A stretch of DNA of 49,106 bases, taken from positions 1 through 49,106 of the forward strand of contig JAJEDW010000076.1 in assembly GCA_022821265.1 (NCBI GenBank). Reading direction: 5' to 3'. This stretch comes from Acidobacteriota bacterium. Lineage in GTDB: Bacteria; Acidobacteriota; Terriglobia; 20CM-2-55-15. The notes under the pieces were generated by a model. That model was given only the letters and a program-made list of their open reading frames with translations, ran no database searches and was not told the DNA's origin. Position numbers and translations under genes: made by a program. Within the stretch, counting starts at the first letter, position 1. Each line of letters opens with the position of its first letter. Shown piece by piece: positions 9,842-18,790 of the stretch.

Positions 9842-10999
9842 ATGCGTTTGACTGCCACAATTCTGGCCGGTACCTTCGCTCTGGCGCCGGCAACCGCAAC
9901 GGTTTCCGCCCAGGCGACGCAAAGCGCGGAACCGTTCGCGGTCGGTACCTTCGAAATCGATGGGCAAGAGACCCTGGGACTCGTGCTCAGGGAGCAGCTC
10001 GTCGTCGAGCTCGGCAACGCCAACCGGAATCTGCAGATGAACCCGGTCTACGCCGAAATGGCCATGCCCGACGACATGCTCCAGCTCATCGGCATCTACG
10101 AGTACGGCCTGAAATACCGGCTCTACGAAATCGTCAACCACCTCGTGGCGAGCGGGCAACTGGATGCGGACCCACGGCCCTCGTTCATTCATGACGCGGA
10201 AACCGTTCAGATCCTCGCCCCGATCCGCTACCCGGGCAAGATCCTGAACGCGGCCGTCAACTTCTACAGCCATGCGTGCGAGGGCTGCAACGAGGAGGAA
10301 CTGGCCGAAAGCAACCGCCAGCGGCGCGAAAACCGCGGCGTTCCCTATCTGTTCCTCAAACCGTCGCGGGGCGCCGTCATCGGCAGCGGCCAATCGATCG
10401 TGATTCCCGCCGGACGCGACCGGATCGATTGGGAGGTGGAATTCGGCACCGTCATCGGCCGGCCCGCCAGCTACGTTTCGGCCGCCGACGCCGAGGACTA
10501 CGTCTTCGGCTACCTGGTCTCCATCGACGTCTCGGACCGCGGCGGGCGTCCCCCCGGCGGCTACGGCCAGGGCTCGGACTGGTTCGTCGGCAAGGGACAC
10601 GACACCTTCGCGCCCATGGGACCCTGGATCGTGCCGAAGGAGTTCTACGGCGATCCGATGGAACGCCTGCACCAGCAGTTGACCATCGACGGAGTGACCG
10701 TGCAGGAAGCCAGGGCCGGCGACATGATCCACTCCCTGTGGGAGCTGATCGAGTACGGCTCGTCGATCATCACCCTGTTTCCGGGCGATGTGCTGAACAG
10801 CGGCACCTCGGGCGGCACCTCGACGGGCGCCTTCGCCGAGGGCACGCGGAGCGGATTCCTGCAACCTGGAGAGGTCATCGAAGCGACGATCGAAGGCGTC
10901 GGCACGCTCCGGATGCCCGTCGTGGCCGGCGACCCCTTGCCGGACGACCTCACGGGGGCGCATCTTCCGCCCGTCAGCACCTATCGAGACGATCCCTAG
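9842..10999 (+). CDS. Fumarylacetoacetate hydrolase family protein with N-terminal signal peptide
   Basis: FLKP, IDWEVE, DVSDR, GKGHDTFAPMGP and TLFPGDVLNSGT motifs. GGAGGAGGAG RBS before ATG 9842. Signal peptide ending VSA|Q. Confidence 0.88.
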   Translation: MRLTATILAGTFALAPATATVSAQATQSAEPFAVGTFEIDGQETLGLVLREQLVVELGNANRNLQMNPVYAEMAMPDDMLQLIGIYEYGLKYRLYEIVNHLVASGQLDADPRPSFIHDAETVQILAPIRYPGKILNAAVNFYSHACEGCNEEELAESNRQRRENRGVPYLFLKPSRGAVIGSGQSIVIPAGRDRIDWEVEFGTVIGRPASYVSAADAEDYVFGYLVSIDVSDRGGRPPGGYGQGSDWFVGKGHDTFAPMGPWIVPKEFYGDPMERLHQQLTIDGVTVQEARAGDMIHSLWELIEYGSSIITLFPGDVLNSGTSGGTSTGAFAEGTRSGFLQPGEVIEATIEGVGTLRMPVVAGDPLPDDLTGAHLPPVSTYRDDP

Positions 11000-11118
11000 G
11001 AGACGTCGGACGGGGGCCCGAATTCCTTGCTGTGAAGTGGCTCGGCGCTTCCGGGAATTCGGGCTCCGGCCCGGACTCCGCACGGTCCGCGCCGGCCCCG
11101 GTCGGGCCGGCGGCCCTA

Positions 11119-11127
11119 TGCTAAACT
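11119..11127 (+). promoter_or_regulatory. Putative extended -10 promoter of yebC-ruvC
   Basis: TGcTAAACT about 28 bp upstream of the yebC ATG, followed by a GAGGAG RBS. Confidence 0.45.
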
Positions 11128-11154
11128 GATTCCGTCTCGGGGCGAGGAGCGGTC

Positions 11155-11901
11155 ATGTCCGGCCATTCGAAGTGGCACAGCATCAAGCACAAGAAGGCGG
11201 CCACGGACGCCAAGCGCGGCAAGGCGTTCACCAAGGTCATCAAGGAAATCACCGTCGCCGCCCGGCTGGGCGGGGGCGACGAGGCCGCCAACCCGCGCCT
11301 GCGGACGGCCGTGGCCGCGGCGAAGGCGCTCAACATGCCGTCGGACAACATCCGGCGCGCCGTCATGAAGGGGACCGGCGAGTTGGAAGGGATGTCGATC
11401 GAGGAGATCACCTACGAGGGCTACGGTCCCGGCGGCGTCGCGCTGATGGTGGAGTGCCTGACCGACAACCGGAACCGCACCGTCAGCGAGCTGCGTCACC
11501 TGTTCGACAAGTACGGCGGGAACCTCGGCGAGAACGGCTGCGTCGCCTGGATGTTCGACAAGCGGGGCTGCATCCTGGCGCCGCAGTCGGGCCTGGACGA
11601 GGACGCGGCGATGACGCTGGCGCTGGAGGCGGGAGCCGACGACTTCTCGGTCCAGGACGGCAACTACGAAATCCTGACGGCGCCGGAATCGTTCGATGCG
11701 GCCCTCGAAGAACTCAGGAAGAACGGAATGGAGCCGGTCCGCGCCGAGCTGTCGATGGTGCCTCAGAGCTACGTGAAGCTCGAAGGCGCCGCCGCCCGGC
11801 AAATGATCAAGCTGATGGACCTGCTGGATGACCATGACGATGTCCAGAACGTCCACGCCAACTTCGATATCGAGGAATCCGAGTTGGCCGACGCCGTCTG
11901 A
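11155..11901 (+). CDS. yebC: YebC/PmpR family DNA-binding regulator
   Basis: [29 protein letters not shown] and DDHDDVQNV motifs. Confidence 0.97.
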   Translation: MSGHSKWHSIKHKKAATDAKRGKAFTKVIKEITVAARLGGGDEAANPRLRTAVAAAKALNMPSDNIRRAVMKGTGELEGMSIEEITYEGYGPGGVALMVECLTDNRNRTVSELRHLFDKYGGNLGENGCVAWMFDKRGCILAPQSGLDEDAAMTLALEAGADDFSVQDGNYEILTAPESFDAALEELRKNGMEPVRAELSMVPQSYVKLEGAAARQMIKLMDLLDDHDDVQNVHANFDIEESELADAV

Positions 11902-11929
11902 CGCCGCCCCCGGGGAACCTTCCGGAACG

Positions 11930-12424
11930 ATGACGATCCTGGGAGTCGATTGCGGTTCGCGGGTCACGGGATACGGCGTGATCGAAGCCCGGGACTCCAG
12001 TTGCCGTCTCGTGGACTACGGCGTGGTGCGCCCGCCGGGCGGCGCGCCGCTGGCGGCGCGGCTCCTGTTCATTCACGACGCGCTTCGGGACGTCATCCGG
12101 AATTACGCGCCGGAGGCGGCGGTGTTCGAGAGTATCTTCCACGCGGCCAACGCCCAGTCGGCCCTGAAGCTGGGCCACGCTCGCGGGGTCTCGGTGCTGG
12201 CGGCGGCCGAGGCGGCGGTTCCCGTCTTCGAGTACACCGCATTGCAGGTCAAGAGCGCCGTCACCGGATATGGCCGCGCCGAGAAGGCCCAGGTCCAGCG
12301 AATGGTCCAGTCCATTCTGGAACTTGCCGAGGCGCCGGCTCCTTTCGACGCGTCCGACGCCCTGGCCGTCGCGATCTGCCACGCCCAGAGCCGCCGGTAC
12401 GCCGAGGCCACGGCCGCGCCATGA
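11930..12424 (+). CDS. ruvC: Holliday junction resolvase RuvC
   Basis: MTILGVDCG, E-x-I-F, LKLGHARG, VKSAVTGYGRAEK and DASDALAVAICH motifs. Follows yebC. Confidence 0.95.
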   Translation: MTILGVDCGSRVTGYGVIEARDSSCRLVDYGVVRPPGGAPLAARLLFIHDALRDVIRNYAPEAAVFESIFHAANAQSALKLGHARGVSVLAAAEAAVPVFEYTALQVKSAVTGYGRAEKAQVQRMVQSILELAEAPAPFDASDALAVAICHAQSRRYAEATAAP

Positions 12425-13047
12425 ACGCGGTCCTGGTGTTGGCGGCCGCCGCGTTTCTTCAGCAGCCGGCCCTGGAACGCTTCAGCTTCTGCAAGGAGAG
12501 CCCGGGCGGAGAGTACGAGGACCAGTGCTTCGAGCTGGACGCCGACGGGCGGGGCGTGTTCCGGTTCACGGTGTCCGGCGCGGACCCGGTGGAAGCGCCG
12601 TTCGCGTTCTCGACGCGGGGACTGGAACGTTTCCGCGAGTTGCTCCGGGCCACCGACAACCTGGCTGAAGCCGACCGTTACGAGTCCGGCCGCAGGGTGG
12701 CGAACATGGGGACGAAGACCATCGTCGCCGAGGGTTCCTGGGGCCGCAGAGAAGCGGCTTTCAACTACTCGGAGATCGAGGCGGCGCGCGAGCTGTCGAC
12801 GTTCTTCGAACGCATGATCTCGCAGGAAATGCTCGTGTTCGGCCTCGAGCTGGCGCTCGAGTTCGATCGCCTGGGCGTGCCGGAGCGCCTGGAGGTGATC
12901 GAGCGGGAAGCCGACTCCGGCCGGTTGCCGGATCCGGACCGCCTGGTACCCGTGCTGGAGCGGATCGAATCCGCCTCCGGCCTGGTCAACTACGCCAAGA
13001 CGATGGCCACGCGCCTGAAGGAACGGTTGATCGAGGCTGCGGACTGA
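12421..13047 (+). CDS. Exported hypothetical protein
   Basis: ATGA overlap with the ruvC stop, short hydrophobic N-terminus (MNAVLVLAAAAFLQQ), coding-like composition. Confidence 0.7.
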   Translation: MNAVLVLAAAAFLQQPALERFSFCKESPGGEYEDQCFELDADGRGVFRFTVSGADPVEAPFAFSTRGLERFRELLRATDNLAEADRYESGRRVANMGTKTIVAEGSWGRREAAFNYSEIEAARELSTFFERMISQEMLVFGLELALEFDRLGVPERLEVIEREADSGRLPDPDRLVPVLERIESASGLVNYAKTMATRLKERLIEAAD

Positions 13048-13084
13048 GGGTCCCGAAACCGCGAGCCGAGAGTCCGGGCGACCG

Positions 13085-13897
13085 TTACGCGACCGTGATC
13101 CCCGCGTATCCGACCACGCGTTCCCGCTCACCGAAGACATCCCCGGACGTCGCGTAACGGACGAGCTCGGCCCGTTCGGCCCCCAGTGCGTTCGCCGCGG
13201 TCAGCATGGCCACGGTCGGCGCGAAACCGCACATGGAGATATCTTCCCGGAACACGGTCTCGTGGAGACCCGCGGGATCCCGTTCGAGCACGCGCTCGAT
13301 CGCCTTGCGGTCCTTGATGCGCGTCACCGCGTCGGATTCGTAGTGGTTCATGTCGCTGGACGCGACGATGAGAATCGGGGAATCGGATCGGGCGACCACG
13401 TTCGCGACGGCTTCGCCGAGCCGGATCAGCGGCTCCAGGGCCGAAACGCCCACGACGATGGGCGCGAACCGCAGTTCCGGCCCCACCAGGAACTGGAGGA
13501 ACGGAATCTCCACCTCGAGCGCATGCTCGCTGGCGTGCGCCTCGGTGTCGTCCTCCAACTCCGGATCGGCCTCGAGCAGGGCGGAGGCGAGGTCGGAATC
13601 GATGGATGCCGTCCCGAGCGGCGTGTCCCATCCCCCGGCGCAGGTCATCGACAGCGGACGCCCCATGCCCGTGTGGTTCGGCCCGAGCAGGATGAACCGT
13701 TTCGGAAGCTCGACGCTCGAGAAGACATCTCCGGCGATCGCGCCCGAGTAGACGTAGCCGGCATGGGGCGCCACCACCCCCAACGCAAGGGCGCGCGGCC
13801 GCGTCATCGACGGGCGCGTCATCGACTCGAGGGCCTCGGTCAGGTTAGAGGCGTTGCCGGGATAGAAGCGCCCGGCAACCGCTGGAGGGCGTACCAT
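13085..13897 (-). CDS. amrB: AmmeMemoRadiSam system protein B (MEMO1 family)
   Basis: RPPAVAGRFYP, PHAGYVYSG, LGPNH, EHALEV, ASSDMNHY, SMCG, YATSGD and VVGY motifs. Confidence 0.93.
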   Translation of the reverse strand: MVRPPAVAGRFYPGNASNLTEALESMTRPSMTRPRALALGVVAPHAGYVYSGAIAGDVFSSVELPKRFILLGPNHTGMGRPLSMTCAGGWDTPLGTASIDSDLASALLEADPELEDDTEAHASEHALEVEIPFLQFLVGPELRFAPIVVGVSALEPLIRLGEAVANVVARSDSPILIVASSDMNHYESDAVTRIKDRKAIERVLERDPAGLHETVFREDISMCGFAPTVAMLTAANALGAERAELVRYATSGDVFGERERVVGYAGITVA

Positions 13898-13908
13898 CGC
13901 TCGGGCGA

Positions 13909-14949
13909 TCAGTCCTCGTCGTCTTCCGGAACGTGGTTGTAGAAACCCTTCTTGTGCCGGACCCGCAGATCGTCGTCGTCTCCGTCCTCGTCCAGGTCGA
14001 ACGGCGCCACCTCGATGCGGATCTCCCGCAGATCGTCGTCCGTGTCGAGCGCGTCGCTCGGCACGAAGCCGATCCGGTACTGGTTCCGCATCAGGAAGCT
14101 GACGCCTTCGTATATGCCCGGGTACTCGCCCTGGAACCGCGGGAACCAGGCCTGCCCGCCCGTGTTCTGGGCGATCGAGCGGAGCGCGACTTCCGCCTGG
14201 AGGAAATCCATCCGCTGGAACGAACTGAGCCGGTGCTCGTACATCGTTCGGAACATCTGGCCCATGCCGACCGCATAGATCATCGTGTCGGAGTCTTCCG
14301 CGCGCCTGAGCGTCTCCCCGTAGTTGGACCGGCTGAACGTGTCGAAGCCGGTACTCAACAGGAAGATGGCCTTCTTGCCGTCGACGTTCTCCAACCGGTC
14401 GAGCGTGTAGTGGACGGCGTCGTAGAGGTTCGTCTCGCTGAAATCGGGATACGTCAGCGAGAACAGGCCGTTCAGCAGCTCGTTCGGATTCTGCGAGAAG
14501 TCCGTGACGATCTCGGGCGTGAGGTCGTAGGAAACGATGGCCGCCCAGTCGTCCTCCCGGAGCGAATGGATGAAGCCGTACGCCGGGTAGATCACGTCGT
14601 CGTAGTACCAGCCCCAGGTGTTGGCGAACTCGATCAGCAGCACGATCGTCAGCGGGCTGTCGGTCGGCCGGAAGTCGGTGATGGGATGCTCGATGTCGTC
14701 CACGAAGAGCGTGAAGTGCTCTTTCTGGAGCCCGGTCAGCGGGTTGCCGTCGTCGTCGGTGACGACGACGTCGACCTGTTGCGTCTCCACGTCGATGGAC
14801 AGGGCGAACGGGTCGTCGATCGAGACGGGTTCGGGCTCCGGCGGCAACGGAACGGTCCGCCCGACGTTGGTGTTGGGTCCCTGCGCAAGGGCGAAGCTAC
14901 CCGCCAGGAAGACGAGCGCCGCGACGCCGGCCAGTCGCTTGAGTGTCAT
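13909..14949 (-). CDS. Exported VWA-domain protein (acidobacterial VWFA-related type)
   Basis: Start 14949 with signal peptide ending ALA|Q. VDVVVTD..GNPLTGL, TNLYDAV, KKAIFLLSTG, TGGQAWFP and NQYRIGF motifs. Confidence 0.85.
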   Translation of the reverse strand: MTLKRLAGVAALVFLAGSFALAQGPNTNVGRTVPLPPEPEPVSIDDPFALSIDVETQQVDVVVTDDDGNPLTGLQKEHFTLFVDDIEHPITDFRPTDSPLTIVLLIEFANTWGWYYDDVIYPAYGFIHSLREDDWAAIVSYDLTPEIVTDFSQNPNELLNGLFSLTYPDFSETNLYDAVHYTLDRLENVDGKKAIFLLSTGFDTFSRSNYGETLRRAEDSDTMIYAVGMGQMFRTMYEHRLSSFQRMDFLQAEVALRSIAQNTGGQAWFPRFQGEYPGIYEGVSFLMRNQYRIGFVPSDALDTDDDLREIRIEVAPFDLDEDGDDDDLRVRHKKGFYNHVPEDDED

Positions 14950-15078
14950 GGTTTTCTCCCGGTGTCTGTTTTTCAAGCGTATCCCGAGCGACGCGCCCGC
15001 CGCAATCATTTAGACGTCCGAGGAGCGGTTCCGGCGCCCCGAACCGGACGCGCCTCCGGAAGCGCCGCGGTCCCGGCG

Positions 15079-15087
15079 TGCTATGCT
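15079..15087 (+). promoter_or_regulatory. Putative extended -10 promoter of tRNA-Ser
   Basis: TGcTATGCT ending 8 bp before the tRNA 5' end. Confidence 0.5.
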
Positions 15088-15095
15088 CGTCGACG

Positions 15096-15182
15096 GGAGG
15101 AATGGCCGAGCGGTCGAAGGCGGTGGTCTTGAAAACCACTGCGCCGGAAACGGCGCCGGGGGTTCGAATCCCTCTTCCTCCG
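15096..15182 (+). tRNA. tRNA-Ser (anticodon TGA), CCA not encoded
   Basis: Acceptor stem GGAGGAA/TTCCTCC with discriminator G. Anticodon arm GTGGT-CTTGAAA-ACCAC, long variable arm GCGCCG-GAAA-CGGCGC, T-loop TTCGAAT. Confidence 0.97.
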
Positions 15183-15210
15183 TCTTCCCGTCGCGCCCAG
15201 GGTCTCCGGC

Positions 15211-15729
15211 TCAGGCCCCGCCCATCCACAGGTGCATCGTGTTGACGTCCTTGCCCTGCAGCTTGAGGTAGTAGAAGAGCTGCCCCTTGTGCTGGGCGAT
15301 GTGCCAGATCATCACGTTGCAGTGCTGGAAGAGTGTACGCTCGGGGCCGCCCCACGGCGCGCTGCTGCATTCGTTGGCCAGGCGCTCCTCGCCGGCCTCG
15401 GCGACGAGCTTCATCGTGAGCGCCTTGTCCCGGGCCAGCAACTCCAGCGCCTCGTCCACGCTCGCAACCGACGGCATCTGCGCCGCCGAGGGCAAAGTCC
15501 CTTCGCCCGACGCGTCTCCGGCTTCGGGCGGCGTGGGCCACTGGCCGGTAACGAAACCCTTCACGCCGCCGCCGCAGGCGTCGGTGCAGTGCATCAGCAA
15601 CTGGGCCGTCGTCATCCAGTTGTGGCCGATCGGCGGCTTCCACTCCAGGTCGTCGACCATCCGCGACAACCCTTCCGTCGCCCGATACACGGCCTCGGCA
15701 TCCTGTTGAAGCATCGCGACAAGTCCCAT
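15211..15729 (-). CDS. DinB/YfiT family protein
   Basis: Start 15729 with GGAGG RBS. W-x-P...MT...QLLMH and H-x-x-x-H-K-G-Q-L-x-x-Y-L-K His triad. Confidence 0.85.
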   Translation of the reverse strand: MGLVAMLQQDAEAVYRATEGLSRMVDDLEWKPPIGHNWMTTAQLLMHCTDACGGGVKGFVTGQWPTPPEAGDASGEGTLPSAAQMPSVASVDEALELLARDKALTMKLVAEAGEERLANECSSAPWGGPERTLFQHCNVMIWHIAQHKGQLFYYLKLQGKDVNTMHLWMGGA

Positions 15730-15845
15730 TCTCGCACCTCCCTTGAGGCGCGCATCATACCCCGCGTCCCAGGGCTTCGGTAAGGCCGAATGTAGCGGTC
15801 GACCGTGACATCCTGCATTCCACCAATTCCAATAACTACCCAACA

Positions 15846-15858
15846 AATCAGTAGTTTA
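15846..15858 (+). promoter_or_regulatory. IHF-consensus-like site in an AT-rich divergent intergenic region
   Basis: AATCAGTAGTTTA matches WATCARNNNNTTR. It overlaps an AACTAC...GTAGTT inverted pair. Confidence 0.35.
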
Positions 15859-16074
15859 CAATCGATCAGATCCCTTCAACGTGACCGATCTCTCGGCAAC
15901 ATTCTCGATGAGGCAGCGACCGACCTGCCGGTAACATCTTGAATCGAGGCAATGCGAGGGGGAAAGTTGACGCTGGTCAGCTTGTTATGGTACACGCTGG
16001 GTCTTTCGATAATGGCTCTGATTCTTGTCGCGTGAATACGGGAATCCATTTCTCGAGTACGGGGGCTTACCGAA

Positions 16075-18651
16075 ATGCGAGCACATGGTCGTCTGTTCGT
16101 TTCACTGCTTTTTGCGGCCTTTTTCTTCCTCGGCGGACATGCCGTCGTCGAGGCTCAGGAAGCGGTCAACAGCGGGCTCTGGTCCGATCCGGCCACCTGG
16201 TCCGACAGGGAGGCGCCGGGCGAAGGCGACGCCGTCACCATTGGAGAAGGCATTGAAGTTGTCCTCGACGTCAGTCCGCCGCCGCTGCGAAGTATCAGGC
16301 TCAACGGCAAACTGAGCTTCGCGGACGATAGAGATCTTGAACTGACCACCGAGTGGATCCTGATGCGCGGGGAGTTGGAGATTGGCACCGAAGCCGCCCC
16401 CCATACGCGCAATGCGACCATTACCCTGACCAATAACGTCCCCGATGAGAACATCGAGGAAATGGGTGACCGCGGGATCATGATCATGGGCGGAACCCTG
16501 AGCCTGCACGGCGATCGGGAAAACGCCTGGACCAAGTTGGTCGAAACGGCCGAGGCGGGCAGCACCCGGATCGAAGTCCTGGACGCGAGAGAGTGGCGAG
16601 TCGGCGACGAAATTGTCCTGGCGTCGACGGATTTCAATCCCCGGCAGGCCGAGACGCACCACATTGCCGCGATCAGCGGAAACACCGTGACGCTCGATCA
16701 GCCGCTTGAATACATGCATTTCGGCGAGATCACCTTCGACGTCGATCAACGCGGCGAAGTCGGGTTGCTGACGCGCAATATCAAGGTTCAGGCTTCCGCC
16801 GACGCCGAAGACTCGTACCTGGGCGGGCATATCATGGCGATGGACGGGAGCACGATGAATGTAGCCGGCATCGAGTTGACTCGAATGGGTCAGCATCTGG
16901 AGCTCGCCCGGTACCCGATCCACTGGCATATCAACGGCGACGTGGAGGGGCAGTACATCAAGAACTCCGCGATTCACGACACGTTCAACCGCTGCGTGAC
17001 CATTCATGGCACGGATAATCTGCTGGTCGAAAACAACGTCACGTACAACACGGTGGGGCACTGCTTCTTCATGGAAGACGGCATCGAGTCGGGCAACCGT
17101 CTCGTTCGCAACCTGGGGATCCAGACCAAGTGTCATCCGACCCTGCCGTGTGTCCCGACCATCCTCGCCGCGGCCGGCGAGACCAGAACGGGAACGAATG
17201 GCCAGGCCTCCGAGGACGTCCTGATTCCATCGGACAACACGGCGTCGACCTACTGGATCACCAATCCGGACAACATCTACATCGACAACGTTGCCGCGGG
17301 TTCCGATTCGACAGGTTTCTGGATGTCGTTACCGGAGCACCCGGTCGGCGCGTTTGAAGGCACGGAGATCAGCCTGAATACCTGGCCGCGTCGAACTCAT
17401 TTCCGCGAATTCAGGGGCAACGTCGCCCACTCCAACTACGACGGGTTCATGTTCGACCGAAATATCGCGCCCGATGGCACTTTCGGGGTGACCGGCAGCT
17501 CGCATACCGGCCTTGAAGATCCCGCGGACCCGGACAGCACGGCGCTGGAATCGGTCTTCGAGGACCTTACCACCTACAAGAACCGCAATGGCGGCATCTG
17601 GGGCCGCGGTGAGATGCACGTATTCAGGAACGTGAGGTTCGCCGACAACGCCATGGGCTTCACTCACGCGTCCGGCGCATTCGGTCGTTACGAATTCACG
17701 TCAAAGGTCGTGGACTCACTGTTCGTCGGCGAAACCGGGAACGTCGGCAACCCCAGAACTCCGGAGGAGATCGCTTACGGCCGCAGCTTGCCGAAGCCCG
17801 AATTGCCGGATTTCCCGATCCGCGGCTACGAGTACTACGATTACCGTCATGACGTCGAGAACACGACCTTCGTGAATTACGAGGACAACGCCACCCGCAT
17901 GACGGGCGCCATCTCCAACCTGCTGTACAGCAGCTTCGGGGTCAGCACCAACAACGCCTTCGAGGGCCTGGAATTCGTCGACGCCAAGCCGGTGTATTTC
18001 CCGCCGATGGAGAGGAGATGGGGCAACGACAATGGAGGCAGTCGGTCCTACACGACCGCGGCGTACCGCGACAGGGACGGCTCGCTCGGCCGTGGCCCCG
18101 ATTCCTACGTTCTCATCCATGACGGCGTCAACGACAGTATCGCGGTCGACACGGAAGCCTGCGATATCCATGAGTCGTGGAACGCGGCCGTGTGCGAGGG
18201 CGATGTCGGACGCCTGACTGTCGGCGGTGGCGGCGCCGGCGGTCGAGGCGCTTTCGGCGGTCGAGGCCGAGGTTTCGGCGGTCGAGGCGGGTTCGGCGGT
18301 CGAGGCGGCGGCGCTGCCGCCGAGCCGGTCATACTCAGCCGTAATGGCCGGGAGTACGACACGACCACCACCAACGTACGAGCCGGAACCGAGATCACGG
18401 TGACCACCGAAAGGCCGGACGTGACCCTCACCCTCCGTGAGATGGATGAAGGCTCCTGGGTGATTTTCGAGCTGCCGGGATTCACCACCGCGGCTTCGGG
18501 TGCTCGGCAAGACAGCCTGGATGCGCTGCGCATGGCCGGCGACACCTCGTACTTCCAGGACCCGGACGCGCTCTGGGTCAAGGTTGTCTCCAACGGTGAC
18601 ATCGGCACCGGCGCCCCCGGTGGCGGAACCAGCATCGACGTCAGCAGGTAG
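16075..18651 (+). CDS. Exported G8-domain / parallel beta-helix protein, TMEM2/CEMIP-like
   Basis: Signal peptide ending VEA|Q. G8 domain (WSDPATW..., GELEIGT, GGTLSLHG), then YPIHWH, RCVTIHGT, GHCFFMEDG and STYWITNPDN..AAGS..GFW. Confidence 0.85.
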   Translation: MRAHGRLFVSLLFAAFFFLGGHAVVEAQEAVNSGLWSDPATWSDREAPGEGDAVTIGEGIEVVLDVSPPPLRSIRLNGKLSFADDRDLELTTEWILMRGELEIGTEAAPHTRNATITLTNNVPDENIEEMGDRGIMIMGGTLSLHGDRENAWTKLVETAEAGSTRIEVLDAREWRVGDEIVLASTDFNPRQAETHHIAAISGNTVTLDQPLEYMHFGEITFDVDQRGEVGLLTRNIKVQASADAEDSYLGGHIMAMDGSTMNVAGIELTRMGQHLELARYPIHWHINGDVEGQYIKNSAIHDTFNRCVTIHGTDNLLVENNVTYNTVGHCFFMEDGIESGNRLVRNLGIQTKCHPTLPCVPTILAAAGETRTGTNGQASEDVLIPSDNTASTYWITNPDNIYIDNVAAGSDSTGFWMSLPEHPVGAFEGTEISLNTWPRRTHFREFRGNVAHSNYDGFMFDRNIAPDGTFGVTGSSHTGLEDPADPDSTALESVFEDLTTYKNRNGGIWGRGEMHVFRNVRFADNAMGFTHASGAFGRYEFTSKVVDSLFVGETGNVGNPRTPEEIAYGRSLPKPELPDFPIRGYEYYDYRHDVENTTFVNYEDNATRMTGAISNLLYSSFGVSTNNAFEGLEFVDAKPVYFPPMERRWGNDNGGSRSYTTAAYRDRDGSLGRGPDSYVLIHDGVNDSIAVDTEACDIHESWNAAVCEGDVGRLTVGGGGAGGRGAFGGRGRGFGGRGGFGGRGGGAAAEPVILSRNGREYDTTTTNVRAGTEITVTTERPDVTLTLREMDEGSWVIFELPGFTTAASGARQDSLDALRMAGDTSYFQDPDALWVKVVSNGDIGTGAPGGGTSIDVSR
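18223..18312 (+). repeat. Intragenic tandem repeat (GGCGGTCGAGGC x4) encoding a Gly/Arg/Phe-rich insert
   Basis: The 12-mer starts at 18238, 18256, 18277 and 18295. Peptide: GGGGAGGRGAFGGRGRGFGGRGGFGGRGGG. Confidence 0.85.
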
Positions 18652-18790
18652 GTTCAACCCGCTGCATGGCTCGCCCGCGTTTCTCGCCGGGCGTGCTGTA
18701 CGTAGCCTCCGCCGAGATGTTCCATCGACGTAGAGGCAGTACGATCCGGAATGCGATGTTCGCGCGCCGACGCCCTCCCGGCCGGAGTCT

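Noticed and set aside
10270-10295. Heme c binding motif in the FAH protein (HACEGCN)
   Set aside because: CxxC is followed by Asn, not His, so it is not CxxCH.
13085-13897. Complete AmmeMemoRadiSam operon
   Set aside because: Only the B (MEMO1) gene is here. No AMMECR1 or radical SAM gene is adjacent.
15096-15182. Possible tRNA-Sec or suppressor tRNA because of the 'TGA' triplet and long variable arm
   Set aside because: The anticodon is TGA (reads UCA, Ser), not TCA, and the acceptor stem is the normal 7 bp.
18223-18312. CRISPR array
   Set aside because: The units are 12 bp with 6-9-bp spacers, lie in frame within a CDS, and no cas genes are present.
15096-18790. tRNA-Ser as the attachment site of an integrative element
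   Set aside because: I saw no integrase and no duplicated tRNA 3' end in the window. Only a by-eye compositional shift supports it.
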